Origin: Pelagomonas calceolata
Taxonomy: Eukaryota
DNA: 64,000 nt
Assembly: GCA_918797485.1 (NCBI GenBank)
Contig: CAKKNE010000004.1
Coordinates: 3,720,001 to 3,784,000 of the forward strand
Direction of reading: 5' to 3'
The notes under the pieces were generated by a model, which worked only from the letters and a program-made list of their open reading frames with translations, did not search any database and had not been told where the DNA came from. This document shows positions 60,308 to 64,000 of the stretch, piece after piece (positions within the stretch are counted from its first letter, which is position 1; each line of letters starts with the position of its first letter). The position numbers and the translations under genes were made by a program.

Positions 60308-60392
60308 CGTGATAACCGGGACAAGCGTATTTCGCGCGCGCGTCGGGGGATACATTAACCCCATCGCGCGCGGTCACGACGCTCGAATCACG
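60308..60392 (-). promoter_or_regulatory. SECIS element candidate
   Basis: On the minus strand: gagcgt/acgctt helix I, GTGAC...CGAA core, cgcgcgcg/cgcgcgcg plus gggg/cccc helix II, AA in the apical loop. Starts 13 nt after the stop. Confidence 0.7.
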
Positions 60393-60404
60393 ACACCACC
60401 GCAT

Positions 60405-61058
60405 TCAGAGGACCTCGCCGAATATCTCAACGAGCTGTGGCGCATCTACGGCTCCAGAGAAGCCGACCGGGCGCGCGTCTTCTCGGCCTTGAACGACGAA
60501 ATACGGCACGCCTCGGACCCCGCGCTGCGACGCCTGTGCACAAGCTCTGCGGACGTCCTGCTGCGCCTCCGGCGTGTCTAGGACCTTCCGGAAGCCTTCA
60601 ACATCAACCCCATTTTCCGAGGCAATGCGACAGATTGTTTCCGGATCCGACACGTTCTCCCCGTTCTCGTAGATCGCCTCGAAACAGGCCTTCTTCAGCT
60701 GCGCTTCCTTCTCGCGCGGCGCGAAGCGCAGGAGCTGGTGCGCGCGTAACGTGTTCGGCCAGATCTTCCAGTCGGCGAACGGCGCGCCGACCTTGCGGCC
60801 CTTGGCTCGCAGCGAATGCGTCCAGCCGTCGCTGCCCCACCGCCGTCGATTGTACGCTAGGTAGTCTTCGCCGTTTTCTTGCGTGCCGGGGTCGATCATG
60901 AACGGTTCCCACGAGACGGTCGCGTCGACGCCCTCGCCCTTGATTTGGTCGATGGCCGCGTCGAGATTCTTCGCGCCCACCCAGCACCAAGGTCAGGCAA
61001 AATCGGAGTATACGGTGACCGTCAGCTGCCGACCACTGCGGGCCACGCCGGCCGACAT
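60405..61058 (-). CDS. DsbA/FrnE-like selenoprotein, UGA-Sec at 60995-60993
   Basis: VTVYSDFA-U-PWCWVG (UxxC replacing CPWC), NTLRAHQL, GVRGVPYF, FSGA. Confidence 0.9.
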
Positions 61059-61378
61059 GGCTGGCAATGCGAGGAGTAGTGTGTAGAGGATGATTGTGTC
61101 CCCGGCGCACGCCGCTGCGCGGTTTAAGTGGTCTCACGTCGCGTAGAGAGTCCTTGCTCGAAGTGAGCAAGTCCTGCACGTGTTTGAGCGGTCACTCGCA
61201 CCGCTATTTTGCCTGAGCTCTCTTTGGGCTTTGCAAGCTCTGCGGAGGTCTGTTGGGTCTGCGTGCACGCAGAGCTTGTTCTCGCTCCTCAGCACGTTAG
61301 GTTACGTTGGGACACCCCGCGGCAGCGCTAAAGACGTGCCGTTGCCGCTCCCGTGCTCGCACTCGAGTACTCAAAGCC

Positions 61379-62423
61379 ATGTCGGCTTGGTCTGGCTCCC
61401 TCCCGCCGCCGGGCGAGGAGCGTTCCGAGTTCATCGAGGACAAGGGCGTGCTGCTGCGCCATGGCTCGTCGCTCGCGCTGATGGCGCTAGTCAGCACCGC
61501 CCTCAATGAGTCAGACGAGTTCGGCGAGGTCGACCCCGAGGACGACTGGAAGAAATGGACCGAGGGAAGGCCCGAACTCAAATTGTACTACGGCGCGCTC
61601 ATCGACCCATCGAGGGACGGCGCGGACGCCGTCGCGTGCATCCTGCGGGCGGTCCTCGACCCGTCCACACCAGGCCGGGCGTCCGGTCGGAATCGCATTA
61701 TTATAGATTATGTGACGACGCGCAAGGCTTTTCGGGGCAAGGGCCTCGCAAGCGCCGCCGTGAGCTTCGTCGAGCAGGCGGCCGCGGCCACGGGCTCGAA
61801 TTGTTACGTGCTCGCGCTCGAAGAGAGCTGCACGTACTGGATGGGCCAAGGCTTCATCCTGGAGCCGTCCAGACGCCTCACCGCCCGCCTGAACGTGTTT
61901 CCGGACACGCACCTGCTCCGGCGCGCGGCGGATCCTCCCGATGAAGGCGAAGCATCAGACGACCAGTTCCTCGAGGCCCGCCGGCAACTGGAAGAAGAAG
62001 GGTCGGATTCGGGCGAGGACGAGGACGAGGACGAGGGCGAGGCGCTCGTGATCGCCCTGTCTTTGCTTGCGTCCCATCCGGACGCCGCCGAGCGCGACGC
62101 GAGCCGCGCGCTCCTACTCAAGGCTGCGACGAACCTGACGAACGACCCGTGGAATCCAGTGTGGAGACCCCCACCACCACGCCATCGAGCAGACGTCGCG
62201 TCGATGGCGTGGAGGTCGACGCGCTGATCCGCACAGGTCCAACCCAAAATACCGGCGCCTCCGCAAGCAGAACGCCATCATCGCCGCCAAGGTCGTCAAA
62301 GTCACTGGCGCCCCGGAGGTCCTCGCGTGCATGGGTTTCGAGGACGCGGGCGACGAGTGGGTCGTCCGCGACGACGACGTGTGGCAGCGCGCCGCTGCCA
62401 CCGCGGCCGCGCTGAAGATGTAG
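61379..62423 (+). CDS. GNAT acetyltransferase + PUB domain protein, 2 exons
   Basis: GNAT motif A: IDYVTTRKAFRGKGLA. After intron 62149-62236, PUB: NDPSNPKYRRLRKQN...GAPEVLACMGF. Confidence 0.85.
62149..62236 (+). mobile_element. Introner-type intron (88 nt)
   Basis: TSD gtggaatc/gtccaacc; cagtgtgga...tccgcacag ends; internal hairpin ccacgccatcga-N12-tcgatggcgtgg. Confidence 0.88.
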
Positions 62424-62456
62424 TCTGTTGTCCTAAGAAATGTTCATGCGCTGTTC

Positions 62457-63465
62457 TTAAGAACTGTTACCATGACAGGCGAGGCGCCGCCCCATGAACG
62501 CCTCGCGCGCCAGCTCGTAGAAGGCCGCGTCGGCCACGTTTGCCGCGACGAACGCGGCCTCGCGCGCGCGGTCGACCTTCGCGGGCGCGCGGCGCCGCGG
62601 GCCGTCGCGGCCGCGGTGGTGCCGCGACAGGCGCAGGAAATGCGACGGCAGCAGACGCTCGAGCTCGGCCGCCGTCGCCGTCGGCCGGTCGCTCAGGCCC
62701 ACCAGCAGGAAGCGCTCCTTCGCCCGCCGCCAGGCGATCTGCGCCGCCTCGGCGCCGCGAACTCCGGCGCACGCATCGCCGCAGAACCACGCGACGTCCG
62801 CGTCGTCGTCGACGTCGAGCACGTTGCGGAAGCACGACGAGGCTTCCGCGGCCAAACAGTCGTCGACCTGATGGAGCACGCGCCGCGGGCGCCCCGCGAC
62901 CTGCTGCGCGTAGCGCTCGTGCGGGTCCCTCGCTATTGCAACGACGAGCGGCGTCCGCCCGAAGCTAAAGTCCGTCGCCGTCGTCGCCAGGACCACCGCG
63001 TACTTGTTCGACTTCAGGAGGCACTTTTGCGTCGCTCGCGCGTCGAGCCAGGCGCAGATCGAGAAGTCGTTCGCGACCGTGAGGGGCTGCATGGCTCGTA
63101 CGAGTCCCTTCGTCGCCGGCGCGGCGTCCGGCGGCGCCGCCAGCACGACGAGCCGGTGCGCGCCCGACTTCACGGGCGGGCAGGCGGACGCCGCACCCGG
63201 TGCGTAGGGCCTCGACGGCACCGCGACGGCCCGCGCCCGGTCGTAGAGTTCGGGCTCGAAGTCGTGCGCGTGGACCACAATACAACCATCCTCCGCGACG
63301 GTCTTGTCCTTCAGCACCGTCGCGCGGCAGTGGCGCACGTTGCGGCCTGTGTGGAAATCAAATTTTACGGCGCGTTCGTCCTGAATCCTCCACGCCATCG
63401 ACGCGACGCCTGCTCGATGGCGTGGTCGTTCTCGTTCCACACAGGTCGCGACAATTATAAGTCAT
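62457..63465 (-). CDS. Sulfotransferase-like protein, 2 exons, likely 5'-truncated
   Basis: IARDPHERY, FLLVGLSDR, NVADAAFYELAREAF. Intron 63347-63452 joins MTYNC|RNVRHC in frame. Confidence 0.6.
63347..63444. mobile_element. Introner element (98 bp) with perfect TIR
   Basis: ctgtgtggaa/ttccacacag TIR; flanks gttgcggc and gtcgcgac (6/8). Internal 36-mer differs by 1 nt from the 62149 intron (opposite orientation). Confidence 0.88.
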
Positions 63466-63500
63466 GGGCAATTTCTCCGCGACGAGGCCGTGCGACGCGC

Positions 63501-63830
63501 GTTGTGGCTGCCTACAACTACGCGGTGTCCCTTAACCATCTAGAGCGATTCGAAGAAGCCAAGGCAGTGCTGCGCAACATGATGCCCGTGGCGCCACGCG
63601 TTCTCGGCGAAAATCATGAACTCATGCTCAGGACGAGGGCGCTTTACGCGGAGGCGCTCTACCTTGACGAGGGCGCCACGCTCGGCGATCTCCGCGAGGC
63701 CGCGACGGCGTTCGAGGACGTCGTACGGATTTCGCGGCGCGTGCTCGGTGGTTCGCATCCGGTCACGACGGAGGTTGAGAACGACCTGCAAAAGGCGCGA
63801 GACGCGCTCTACGCCCGCGGGCTGCCCTGA
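63501..63830 (+). pseudogene. 5'-truncated fragment of a TPR-like (kinesin-light-chain-like) gene family
   Basis: YNYAVSLNHLERFEEAK...RVLGENHE...RRVLGGSHP. No start codon at the fragment's 5' end and no promoter spacer. Confidence 0.6.
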
Positions 63831-64000
63831 GAACTCCTAACTACTCAGTATCTTTAAAGAAACACAACATCTTACACGTGAGGGGGATGGACGGCCGAGG
63901 GGAGTCACAACGTCCGCCACGAGATTCGCAGCCGGCTCGCAAGAAAAACTCCACTACTTGCCCGCCGCCTTCTCCCGCGCCTCCCTTAATAGATCCTGCT

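Noticed and set aside
62472..63830. 452-aa plus-strand ORF as a single gene
   Set aside because: The first about 340 codons are antisense to the sulfotransferase-like gene and read through an introner. Only the last about 110 aa look protein-like.
1..64000. Hundreds of long overlapping or antisense ORFs rich in Arg/Ala/Gly/Pro
   Set aside because: Expected shadows of very high GC and GC3 bias; no domain signatures.

Overview
This is GC-rich, gene-dense eukaryotic nuclear DNA with about 41 compact genes. The Lhcx antenna gene, two selenoproteins and introner-type introns point to a pelagophyte alga (Pelagomonas/Aureococcus-like; inferred). Main findings: (1) A family of short transposon-like introns (introners). 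The GT/GC donor is the first base pair of a degenerate 8-bp duplication, followed by C[T/A/G]GTGT..., an internal CGCCATCGA/TCGATGGCG motif, and a ...RCAG end. One copy could splice from either strand, and one introner-like intron carries an intact tRNA-Arg(CCT) with no Pol III terminator. (2) A 246-bp foldback element flanked by a duplicated AGGT, which makes it a perfect GT...AG candidate intron. (3) A recurrent CTAGTGT...CGCTAG motif 85-290 bp upstream of many start codons, plus a TGTTACGGTGCTAGGACTAG motif seen only in head-to-tail spacers. (4) Two UGA-Sec genes missed by the ORF track (SelM/SelF-like and DsbA/FrnE-like), each with a SECIS candidate. (5) Adjacent CID and PWWP-MBD-KH genes that share a duplicated C-terminal module. 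(6) An ACG-initiated small ORF with two SF3B1-like motifs. All product calls come from visual motif recognition; no database searches were run.
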